Assembly: GCA_051362555.1 (NCBI GenBank) | Contig: CM120646.1 | Location: 8,866,001 to 8,930,000, forward strand | Direction of reading: 5' to 3' | Length of the DNA: 64,000 nt | DNA from: Lingula anatina | Taxonomy: Eukaryota > Animalia > Brachiopoda | In this document: positions 1 through 12,363 of the stretch, one piece after another | Layout of the letters: every line of letters starts with the position of its first letter | Position numbering within the stretch: position 1 is the stretch's first letter | Translations under genes and position numbers: made by a program | Notes under the pieces: model-generated | Told to the model about the DNA's origin: nothing | Databases searched by the model: none | What the model saw: only the letters and a program-made list of their open reading frames with translations

Positions 1-253
1 ACCCATCCCCCTTCGGTTTCTGAAAAATATATATCACACCAATATTCCCCTCTTGAAATTAGAATTTTGACTAGCTACATCATAGTTCTCAACCATACCA
101 AAGGGCACTGTTTGCTCTCCAAAACTCCCAAAATTTTTCAGGGCCCTTGAGCAGGTCTTGAACCCCACACTAAGGGGGCGACGGTCGGCTTCGCATCCGA
201 GGCCTGTCATTCTGGATCCCCCCCCCCTTCAAATAATCCTGGATCCGCCCCTG
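1..253. mobile_element. Truncated non-autonomous DNA transposon (hAT-like MITE), right part
   Basis: Ends in CCTGGATCCGCCCCTG and is clearly similar along its length to 59872-60128 (CCTCxTGAAATTAGAATTTTGACTAGCT ... TTCAAATAAxCCTGGATCCGCCCCT). Confidence 0.55.
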
Positions 254-559
254 CCCATCATGTAATGATGATTAGGATACCTTGATATTCATTTGCTTCC
301 ACAAATTAAGTAAATTGTCAAATGTCAAAGAAGGGAGGAAATTTACTTTGGAAGTGATTTTTAAACTTTCGTTTTCACATTCTGTATTGTGAGCAACTTG
401 TCGTTCAATTCGAGAATGTGAAATTTCAGTTTTTGGGTAAATGCTGTTTCATGATATTAAAAGTTTGAGAAAAAACTTGTTTTCATTGTTGTCTGATCCG
501 TGGTAGGCGCCAGGACCCAATACACAGATACTGGGCCCTTATTAGCTAGTGAGTAACAG

Positions 560-1322
560 GAGTGCAACAGACCGTGGAACGCACTCGTACATGACATGCT
601 TGTACGTCGAATACAGCACGGCTGTGGTTTAAAACTTCTTATTAAACTAGTTTTGGCAAAACTGAGAAGTTAGGTTTAATTAGTTCAGGATACCTTTCTG
701 ACAGTTTAACAATTGCCAGTGATGATTTAGAATACCTTGAGAATTTAAAGGCAACAGTTACCCTTCTGTCCAAGTTAGGTATTATTATAAATGATGACAA
801 ATCATTATTGAACCCAAGAATCAAGTTAAAATTTTTGGGAAATGTTATTGATTTCAACAAAATGATAGTAACAATGCCAAGTGATAGGCAGGAGTAAATA
901 ATTTCTGCATGCAAAGAGCTGTCTAATACTTCAGAGGCACCCATAATAAATAAGGCAGGTTGCTAGAGTCATTGGATTGCTAGTAGCCAGTTTTTGGATT
1001 ATGGCAAGCTGTACTGTAGAAAATAAGAAAGAGCAAAGATTAAGACTTTACGAGATTCTAAGAGTAACTTTGATGTACCCATGATTATATCAGACAGTAT
1101 GAGGTCAGATTTAAATGGATGGATTGGAAACTTGAAATCCCAGCATAGGGTTATTGCTAGACCAAATCCCTCATAGAGACTTGAAATACAGACGCCTCCA
1201 CCTTAGGTTTGGGTGCAAGGTATAAGTACAAAGATATTAGAGGTAGATGGACAGATGTAGAAAGTAAATTGCCAATTAATGTGTTAGAATTAATGGCCAT
1301 TTTAAATGCACTTAACTCCATA
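560..1322 (+). mobile_element. Degenerate DIRS-type retroelement RT/RNase H fragment
   Basis: Hand translation across stops and frameshifts gives GYLSDSL (decayed YLDD), LLSKLGIIINDDKSLLNP, KFLGNVID, VARVIGLLVAS, TDAS, GRW and INVLELMAILNAL, in DIRS RT-RNaseH order. Confidence 0.8.
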
Positions 1323-1559
1323 GGTATCGGTTAACGCTGACTGATAAAGTTCTGCTGGGCCCAATTAATTCTGTGACCTAGCCTTGAAAAGCCAGGTCAC
1401 CTCAGTAAATTGGCCATAATTTATTTGTTTGCCTTTATTACCCATACAAAGTATACATTTTTAAAAAGCCAAGACTTCAAGCTGAAAGAAAATAGAATTA
1501 CATTTAAATTCAACATGCAGTATCAAGATGGTGGAAAAGAGCTTTCTACAGTCAGCCAG

Positions 1560-1739
1560 CTGAACGATCTGACGTGGCTTGAGCATGGCCAGTGTGATCT
1601 CATGCCCACCTTTATTGAATCGACATGCTGTAGTGAAAACACTGCTGTGCCCACCAAAATGAAGCACGATGCCAGATACGTTACAGAACTACAGACCTTT
1701 AATAATGCAGGTTTGGACACTGTGCTTGGATTTTTTTAA
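1560..1739 (+). mobile_element. Decayed P2X7-C-terminal/Nanor-like Cys-rich domain, probably a Kolobok-type transposon remnant
   Basis: WLEHGQCDLMPTFIESTCCSE...YVTELQTFNNAGLDTVL resembles the WCxCGxCxxMPTxxExxCCxE...CITxHxxFxxxCLxxxVL pattern, with several Cys lost. Confidence 0.45.
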
Positions 1740-2340
1740 CTTCAGAGCCAAATTTTACGTTTTGCAGCATCCGCAGGTAGTACAAAATAGCAGACATCTT
1801 TCTTATCGTAACCTACATTACGGCACCCGAGTGCAACAAAGCGTTAACCTTGCGGCATTTTGTTTCACTGACACCTGAATGTTTAGTCTTCTATCTATAT
1901 ACTATTACTACAGCTGTTGAAAGCTACTACGCAGGTTTCGTCACTAGAAACTGATCAATCAGGATTTTCTCATCTAAATCTCCTCTTTCCTCTCTAAAAC
2001 TTAAAAAGAACAATTTTTGATGTCAATTTATAGTTTTTGTACTGTAAAAAAAGCAGTGAACGTTCTGTGTTCTTAGAGCTCAGATAACACTACTGCAGTG
2101 TCACACATAAACAACATGGGCCGCACAGTTTGTGAAGACTAATGAAGGAGCATGTGACAGCTTATAAGGCTTCCATAGAATTCAACGGTGATCTTGAATT
2201 GAAATTAGACAGCATGATTTTTCATAAGATATGTGGGAGCCCCAGATATAGACTGCTTTGCATCTAGAATAAATGCTATGGTCCGAGTGGGAATGTTAAT
2301 GCATGATACATGCTAGCCACTTCACTGTATCAGTCTCTTC

Positions 2341-3182
2341 TCAGGGGCAGATTGAGGTCGTCTTCTGGGTCTTCCAGAAGATGGTCATATTTTCAACTTT
2401 ACATGATGGGTATCTAATTTCTTCTGTTGGAAGACAGTCAGAAAAGGAGGATGGATCAGCAAAGATAATATGGAAGACTCTTAGAAAATACCTCTGGATC
2501 CATGCTTTGTCTTCTGTGGCAGGGAACACAAAGATTTTTTTGCTAGAACCTTCAGTGCATAAGAAACTGACTTCCACTTTGCCATCTTCAGTCTCATGGG
2601 TGACCTGACCTTAGAATTGCTTTACTCCTTTCCTGGCTGCAAATTCCACAATGACAAAATTTCCCTGGTGAAGCTGAGCTGTGCCTTGACTGACATAGTC
2701 ATTGTGTGGATGTGCAGGCAGATCAAATTCCACAGTCATGTGAACAAGTTTAGCATCTGAAGGGGGTGGCTGGTACTGAGAATTGGTTGACACAAGAACA
2801 TGTCCACGGGGCTAGGGCTGAAGCTGGGGGAAGTGTTGAATTTTGGAACAGATGGACAGTTTTCCCAATGACTGCTGAGGGCGCTGTAGCTTCTACAATA
2901 TCTGCTGCAGACAGGTACATTACATTGACATTGGGGCACAATTCTTTGCCAGCCAAATAAAATTGAAATTGATTTGACTGGTGGCTCCGTCTGACAAGTA
3001 ATGGACTTTGCTGAATGATTGCTGATGTTGGAGGTCTTCGAGAATGGCCTTATTACAAGCGAAGAGGAAGACAGACTGTTATGGTGCATATCATCAGATA
3101 CCACAACATATGGGCGGAGCTGGAGGTCTCCTTTAGACTGTTCTAAACCATGCACATGCAGTGAACAGAGTGACCTGCTCAC
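2341..3182 (-). mobile_element. Frameshifted DNA-transposase remnant (CMC/Chapaev-3 or Sola2-like; superfamily uncertain)
   Basis: Overlapping minus-strand pieces read YVVVSDDMHH, HYLSDGATSQ, PNVNVMYLS, GNFVIVEF and VEVSFL...FVFPATEDKAW, in collinear order. Confidence 0.4.
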
Positions 3183-4392
3183 AACTCGATGAGGTCTGTC
3201 TTAAATGATAAATATATGAGGTCTGTCTTAAATGATAAATATATGTGATATCATATATTATATTTATTTTATGTCAACACCAAATCACTGATAGTCAAGC
3301 TAGCTAATAATCAGTAATGGTTAATGAATTACCCAGTAATTAAGAGTTGCAAAAGAAAAAATAGAAATGCAACACAACAGAACACTAGAAAATGATTCAT
3401 TTTAAGATGAAAACCTTGTGTTTCACATCTGTCAGAAAATGTCCCCTCAGAGATAGAAAATGTCCCATCAGAGATAATGATAAAATGTGGCAATAAATTC
3501 ACTGTATCTGTTTTAATTTTCTAATTTTTAGCTATAATCATTACTAATCATTATTTAAAAGAGGATTTTAAGTTTCATTGATACAACTTAACAGATGTGG
3601 AAAATTTGAAAACATTTCAAAGTCAAATATCTCTAATGGGATACACCACTCCTAGTGCTAAATAATTTTTTTACTCAAAATAAGTGATAGGTGGCCGTTT
3701 TCTATGTTAAACTATTACTTCTGATTAGTTTAACATATTTGGATGATAAAAACTAGAAAAAACAACCTAATATCTGACTCAGGCCAATATGACCATGTGT
3801 CCCATCAGAGATGAAATTTTTTCTCCTTATGTTGACATAGGACAAAACACTTTGAAAAGTGCCCTGCGTGCTCAACCAGATCTCAGTTTAGCCCTCCCTC
3901 TGACAGATTACATATTCCGAATCAGCTTGAAAACTCGCTGGACATAAGGACGATACAGGATTTTTTTTATCGGACTGAGATTTAACTTGTCAGGCATGTC
4001 TGATGGTCTAATCCCTTTAGTAAAGTCTGTAAGTGTCTGCGTCTTTTGCATAATGACACAAAAATTTTTTTTCTGAAGCATATGCCCGTGGTCATATTGC
4101 CTCCATGCCGTGTTATTTCTGAATTAGAATTATGTGTGAGTATACTATCCATGTTCACAGTGAATTAGAAACAGATTTTTACTTAAAACTTACTCCATTC
4201 ATTTGAGAAGTAAATGTTACTAAGGTTAAGTCCATGAGTGGGGTTTCAAAATATATCTTATTATTGATTTTTGAATGTTTATTATAAGTATTATTTATTG
4301 CTGCATGGCAAACATGCTAACATTGGAGGGGACATCCATTTCTTCAGAAGTCACTGTTTGATACACCACCAGTTTTTTTCCCCCAATTTCAG

Positions 4393-4500
4393 GAGAAAAA
4401 GGCAGTGCTTCAAAGAGTGGGAAATCTCTCCACTACCAAGGTTCACCTTTCCACAGAATTGTCAAAGATTTTATGATCCAATCTGGAGATTTTGTCAATG
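4393..4500 (+). CDS. PPIG: PPIG exon ([36 protein letters not shown])
   Basis: tttcag acceptor, GTAAGT donor; carries the catalytic Arg in FHRIV. Confidence 0.95.
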
Positions 4501-7500
4501 GTAAGTATATTTTTATGTACAAACACAATACGTGGAAAACTGTTTTATCTTTTGGCTTAAAACCAACAGAACTGATGAATATTCATGAAGCACAGGTCAT
4601 GTTAACAAATCAGCATGATCAGGCCATATATCAAAAGTTATGCTGTCTATTCGCTTTTTTCAGCATATGTACAAAACTGATAACATAATAAGTGGAAAAC
4701 TGCTTTTCCTTTTGGCTTGAAACTTACAGAACTGATGAATGTGCATAAAATACAGGTCAAGTTCCAAAATAGCGTGATTGGGCCATTTTTTTCAAAAGTT
4801 TTTTTTTTTTTTCAGCATATATGCAACAATGATAACATGTTAAATGGAAAACCATTTTACTATTCAGCTTGAAATTTACAGAACCGATGCATATTTAAAA
4901 AATGGAAGTGGAGTTTGAAAATCAGCATGATCAGGCCATTTTTTCAAAAGTTATACTGTTATATATATGCAACACAGGAATACCAATAGGCCTATAGTCT
5001 TGAAAATTGTGCTCCAAATATTATATCAGAAATGTCAAACTATCATGAAGTGTAATATATTTTTCAGTCAGCAAAAGAAAAGATGATTGTTTTCTCTTAC
5101 ACCAAGTACTTGAGAAAAATGAAACATTTTGACAATTGTTCTAGGGAACAAGTAGTATTTGCCATGACACAAAACTCCTTGAGTTACAGTTTAAAGATTT
5201 ATAAAAGCATCCTGACGCCATGTCTAATTTATCATGACTGAACCACTACAAAATTTATCGGAATGCGGTATAAAAATTAAAATAAGATGACCTGGAACAT
5301 ACATTACCTTTTATTTTTGGAACATACGTTACCGTTTAGGGCTCTTTGCATAATGTAAAAGACATGGTAAAAATTAAAATTTGAATTTAAATTGAGACAA
5401 GCATTGATTTTTGTTCTATACACATTTATTTTTTAAAAAATTGAATACAACTTTGAATTCATTCATTTTTATTTTTTTTTTTGACACTTCAGCATGTGAA
5501 ATGCACCTCTACATTGGGTTTGGGTGAAAAGTGTACTTTTGACATTTTCGTCATCTTAACAAAATTGTTACTTGATTATATGAAAAAGATGGTAAATTTG
5601 TTATCATGTATTGTGCAGGGATGGATCTAGGCAGCACCATTAGCCCCTATTTTTAAAGAATGTCCCACAAGAAACACTTAACTGCGCCCACAATGTCCCC
5701 CTTAAATCAAGTGACATCAATTTAGCAAGTCGTGTCCAAATTATGTGTTCAAAAATTGACCTGATTTATGCTCTCGCCAATATTGTGTTTATAGAACAGC
5801 AAACACCATCTGACTCTCGCGCTTTCAGACACCCTGAATCGTCTACCATGATTGGTTGAATTGAGCGTTTGACGTCATTCTTTGTTGTTATTGACCAATC
5901 AAAATGACAGTATCTCTCAAATCATCTAGCAGAGTGACATTGCTTGGAAAGTGCATCTCTTGACAGCATGGGGGACAGCCTAGAATCTGAGTTTGAAGAA
6001 CTGCAAAAAGCAAAAAGAAAGTGAAAATTCCAACAAGAATAATTAAACAAATATACCTGGATAGAGTTAGAAGATGGCAAGAAATTTTGCGCTGTTTGTA
6101 GGAAGGGTACTTTCAGAAATGCACTCACCAAGGGTGCGACTAATTTCAAAATGTCAACTCTCACAAGACATGCAGAATCACCATAAACAAGCCATAATCG
6201 CGAATGCAGTGAGCAATATGAGACACGTGTTGGAAAGGCAGTTGTCAAACAAAGACAGGCCCTGGTGGCTGCATTAAAAACCATATATTTTTGGCCAAGC
6301 AGAAATGCAAGAGTCCATTGCAGCTGTAATCAAATCAGACATTGATGCGACACTTAGTGACGTGGATTTTATCAGTGTCGTGGTAGAGGAGTCTACTGAC
6401 ATAACTGAGCACAAAACGCTCAATTTATGCCAGGTGTGCATCAGAAGTAAACAAGGTCTCAGACTTATGCTAACTGTAAAGTACCGTTGTCAGAATGATA
6501 CTTCAGCTCGGGAGCCACTGAGCCTCCGTTAAGTGGACTTTAAACAAACCGGAAGTATGATTATTTAAATTGGCCAAAATTTTAAGTATTTACAGGGTGT
6601 CAGAAACTGTGGGATATCTCAGCTTAGAAGGCACCCAAAGTATCAAAATATGTATTTTCATTTTAAGAAATAAATATTACATCTGACAGTATCCGCATTT
6701 AGTTGATGTACAACTGATTTTCACTCAAATCAAGAGTTTACTTGTTTTTTTTTATGTACAGACACAGATGTGTCTGTACATATTGCCATCGCCTGCTTCT
6801 GTCGTCGTCGTCGTCGTCGTTGCCGTGCACTTTCAGCGTTGACACGATAAGTGGAAGACAGTTTTACTTTTTGGCTTTATATTTATAGAGCTGATGAATA
6901 TTCATAAAACGCAGGTCAAGTTCGAAAAATCAGCATGATTGGGCCATTATTGTAGAAGTTATGCTATTTTTTCACTTTTCAGCATACATGCAACACCGTT
7001 AACACATTTCAAGGAAAACCGATAGGCTTGTTGTCATGAAACTCACAGGAGTAATCAATCTTACTAAACGCATGTCAAGTTCGAAAATAGGCATGTTCGG
7101 GCCACTATTTTAGTAGTTATGTTTTTTTTTCTTTTTTCAGCATATATGCAACACTGTAAACACAATACAAGAAAAATAGATAGGCCAATTGTCATTAAAC
7201 TCACAGGAGTGGTCAATCTTACTAAAACGCAGGTTGAGTTTAAAAATCAGCATAATCAGGCCATTTTTTTAAAGAAATGCCGTTTTTTCACATTTCCTCA
7301 GATTCAATTCTTAGGCATGTTAACAGTCTCATAATTATGTACAGACACAGATGTATCTGTACATATTGCCATCACCTGCGTCTGTCATCGCCATCGCCGA
7401 TGCCGATGCTGGCGCGGTGCACTTTCCTTGTAAACATGATTAGTGGAGGGCAGTTTTACTTTTGGGCTTTATATTTACAGAGCTGATGAATATTCATAAA

Positions 7501-10500
7501 ACGCAGGTCAAGTTCGAAAATCAGCATGATCGGGCCATTATTGTAGAAGTCATGCTTTTTTTCACTTTTCAGCATATTTCACATATTGGCATTTTCAAGG
7601 TGTGACTTTGAAGTTCTACATGCTTGGAGACCCATGCTAGTCACATTTTCTGAAAATCCATGATACGTATATTTTATTATTAAAAATTGACGGTCATTAT
7701 GCTGTTAACCAATACGTAATATTGCATCAGAATAGAAGAAAAAAATTATGGGTGCTGCTGCCATTATGACCATTATGGGAAAACCATGTTACTTATAATT
7801 GCCAAATGTTCAAAAAAGAAATGCAGGACTAAAATGCAGCCTGGGTTGGAAAAGTAGTCTAATTGGCTTCTTTTTCTGGAAGTTAAACATTTTCAAAGTG
7901 TGAACTTGAACTCCCATGGGCCGAAAGCCTTATGCTTGTTACACATTTTACTTACATTGGTATTATCTGTTGAGCATAATTAAAATTTGATGTTGAATTT
8001 GCAGTTTAACACAATGTACTTTTGCATCAGAATTGACAGTAGCCTATTTTGTGCATAGTTATTTCCTGCTTTTTGTCTGTACATTTGATGGCTTTGCTGC
8101 CTTGTCTAGTTTTATGTTTTCCTTTTTAATTTTTTTCTCAAACACTGGCATTTGTGACCTATTTTCTGCATCTTTATTTTCTGTTTTTTGTCTATACATT
8201 TGACAGCTTTGCTGCCTTGTTTTTGTTTTCCATATGAATGTACTTACTCCAGCTCCAGCTGCTGGTAAAGTACCTGGAGGCAATATCGCCTCTCTGATTC
8301 TCTAGTTGTAAAAGTGAATTTTGACGTTTTCTGCATCTTAACAATTGTATAAATTTCTTATATAAAATGCTGGTAAATCTGTTATCGTGTATTGTGTCAT
8401 AACGTGTCAAAAATGAAAATAAACTCACATCGGTGCAGTTTGTCAGATTCAATCCCTCACTATGTTCAGAATCTCAGAATGGAGCAAATTAGACATTTAA
8501 ATTGTTTTATTGATATTTATCCCATCTTAATAAAATTTTAGTTTATCATTTAAAAATGAAATTAAATTGTGTATTATGTAATAAGTGATAAAAATGAAAA
8601 TAATACATTTCAGTACTTGTGTACATATTGGCATTTTTAAAGTGTTACTTTGAATTTCCATGGGCCTGAAGCCCTTTGTTAGTCACATTTTGTAGATAAC
8701 TATGTCCTCTGCAGTCCATAATTTAAAATTGGTGATAAGAAGCTGTTAAGTGTTATGTAACATTGCATCAAAATTGATAAAAATATTTTGTGTACTGCCA
8801 CTACAAACGCTCTAAAAGGAAAACTATGTTACTTATTATTTTGTAACTTTTATGAATGAGGGCAAATCAACTTCAATGCATTATTTTTCTTGGTTGTTGT
8901 CTGTACATTTGACAGCTTTGCTGCCCTGTTTTACAAAGGCACTGGTAACTTCTGCCATGACACCATGTATTTTGAATCTCGTGTCATTGTTTGCGAAAAT
9001 AAATGTCAATTACCACCTGTGAGTGATTGATTTTCGCACATGTGCACAGAAAAAACATGCAAAGTGAAAAAACATTTCAATATAAATGTTTAAACTGTTG
9101 TTTCACAATCAATTTCCATTGTAATGTCTACACTATACGCTTGCCTCTGAACGGTATAACCTAAAGCGCCCCAACACATGCAAACGGATCTCATCTAAGG
9201 ATGAAATTCTTATTACAAGAAAGAATTAAAAATTTATAGTTATTATTTTATTAAATATTGTGTAATATCACATGAAAAATGAAAAAATGGGGCTGTATCA
9301 TCATTAAACACCCTGAGCTTAAAAAATTACTCGAAAAAAATTCTTCTTTATAAGATACCATTGCTGTTTCTAGTTACCCTTGACCAGATTAATTAGGCCA
9401 CTTTAATTTAAAGCCTGCACTCAATGACTTATTGAATAATTGAGCTAATAAATGTGAAAGAGTCGAGACATGATTTGTTGAAATGTGGACCAGTCAAAGA
9501 TTATGGAGATATATTGTGCTATACCAATAAAAAATCTCATTGGACAAAAATGTTCTAGACTTTTATCCAATCGGTGTTTTTACCAAACTCTGGTGAAAAA
9601 TCTTGAGAACGTGGATTCGATAAGCTGAATAAACTAGGTCAAATGATTCTGGTCAGAGGTAACTCGATATATGGTTCATATATATATGGTTCACCATTTT
9701 AGCTGCTTACATGTCATTCTATCAGTTTTATCTTTTTTTCTGTACATGAGGCAGGTGTGATTCCTTGTATTGTAATTGGTATGGATCGTTTCTTTGTCAA
9801 CTGATGTTTGCTCTTATGTTTTAGGCAATGGAACTGGAGGGGAGTCTATCTATGGAGGGACCTTTCCTGGTAATATGTCTTATCTTTAAAGAAGGTTTTG
9901 AAAATTTGAATTGAAAAATCATATGATTAAAGATACAAAGTCATAATTTTTGCCACAAACCCTACAAAATGCCACCGTATATAATGAAGAGAAATACCAA
10001 ACGACATTTTAATGGGTCGTAAATCTTATTGGCTTTTAGCATCGGTCTATTGCCCCTGCTTTGAGTTGAATAAAGCCAAGTTGTGTCCTCAACCAATGAC
10101 AATAATTGTATAAAATTGAATTATAATTGACAAAAAATGTATTTTGGATCATTATTTCCTGCCTTGTGTCCGTGCATTTGATGGTTTTGCTGCCTTGTTA
10201 GATGTTTTATTAGCTGATATAGTGAAGAGGGCTGATAAACTTGTCTCTTTCATTTATCCATTATATATGTTTTTCTTTAAAAAATGTTAAGAAGACCCTT
10301 TCATTGAATGCCATTAACAGGCCTGGACATAGTATTTTTCCTAAATGTTTGATGACAAGATATGCAAATAACAAACAGTTTATATACAGTGAGATGAGTT
10401 TGAACCATTCTTAAATCTCAGCTTTGTATTATCTGTAGTGTCTTGTCCAAAAGACATTCATGAGGTGTTATGTATATGTTCAGACAGAGTTGTGCTATTT

Positions 10501-12318
10501 CAATAAGTATGTTGCAATGCACAATGGTGAAAATAAAATGTGAAATACTCTAAAACTAACATGGATATGCCCATGGTCACTACTGAACTTGAATAGGAAG
10601 TCATATATTGGCATCTTAACTGTGACCTTGAATTTCACCTACTTTTCCAAAGCAATTGCTTTATTTTTATGTACAGACACAGATGTGTGTGTATACATAT
10701 AGCTGTCACCTGCATCTGTCGTCGCCGTCTGCATCATCGTCGCTGTGCACTTTCACCGATAACACGATAAGTGGAAAACTGTTTTACGGGTACCTTTTGT
10801 CTTAAAACTTAGGATGAATATTCGTAATATGCAGGTCGCGTTTTAAAATCAGCTTGATCAGACCATTTATTCAAAAGTTATGTTGTTTTTTCACTTTTTT
10901 CAGCATATATGCAATAGCGATAACACAATAAGTAGAAAAATGTACCTTTGGGCTTTAAACTTACGAAACTGATGAATATTCAGAATATTCAGGATGAGCT
11001 TGAAAATCAGCATGATCGGGCCATTTTGTTAAAATATATGCTGTTTTTTCGCTTGTTACAGCATATATGCCACACTGATAACACGATAAGTGGAAAATCC
11101 TTTTACTTTTAGCTTTAAACTTACAGAACTGATGTACATTCATAAAATACAGGTTGAGTTAAAAAATCAGCTTGATCAGACCATTTTAACAAAAGTTATA
11201 CTGTTTTTTCCTTTTTTCAGCATATAAATGCAACATTGATAACACATTTCAAGGAAAACTGATAGGCCTATTGTCTTGCAACTCACAGGAGTGATCAATC
11301 TTACTAATATACAAATTAAGTTCAAAAGTAAGCTTGATCGATTAAGTTATACTGAAGTAATGCCTTTCTTTGTATGTATCAAGTTTTTTCCTCAGATTTT
11401 TAAAATTCTTACCCATGTTAACAGTCTGATCATTGACCTAATTAGGTATGTAAAAGTGTTCTTTTGACATTTTCTGCATCTTAACAATATTGTTATGTGA
11501 TTATTTAAAAATGACGGTAAACCTGTTATCGTATATTGTATAATAAAGTATCAAAAATGGAATGAACTCATATCATTGCATTTTGTCAGATTCAACTGTG
11601 AACTTGAACTCTCATGGGCCTGAAGCTTTATGCTTTTACTTTCATCAGTATTATCTGTTGTGCATAATTAAAATTTGTTGACTCTGCAGTTAAGCATGTA
11701 TTATTGCATCAGAATCCTATTTTGTGCATTATTATTTTCTGCTTTTTGTCTGTACATTAGGCAGCTTTGCTGCCTTGTTTTGTTTTCCAAACGAAACTGC
11801 AGCTGGTGGCACAATACCCGGAGGCAGTATCGCCTCTCTGATCCTTAAGTTGATTTTAAGAGATAATTCCATGCAGTACAATTATTTGGCATGGTACAAT
11901 TATGGATTTTTGGACATTTTTCCACATGGTGCAATTATTCAGACTGTGCAGTGATTAATGTTTGGACAATTTCCACATTACAATTATTTGGACAGTTCAG
12001 TTATTTGAAACTTGATAGTAATTGTAGAATGCATTTATCTTTTTCAGATGAAAATTTCATCATCAAGCATGACCGTCCCTTTCTTCTGTCCATGGCAAAC
12101 CGTGGTAAAGATACCAATGGATCGCAATTCTTTATGTGAGTATTTGAAAATGTAATCTTAAACCAAAAAGGCTATTTTTCCCTTAGAAGAAATATCTCGT
12201 ATTGTAATTGAAGGTGTACATTATCTCATCGTTTTAGAAATTAAAATACTTAAGTGCTGTAATACTGTAAAGTGAGTTTGTTTGTCTGTTTGCAATATTA
12301 TGCAAAAGTTTTGGACGA

Positions 12319-12363
<45 letters not shown>

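Noticed and set aside
1-4392. First coding exons of PPIG (RCFFD..., FELF...ENFR.LCT)
   Set aside because: Not found by eye; presumed upstream of the window.
6910-6930. GGTCAAGTTCGA as a tRNA/SINE B box
   Set aside because: Part of the ~150-bp family-B tandem unit; no A box or cloverleaf seen.
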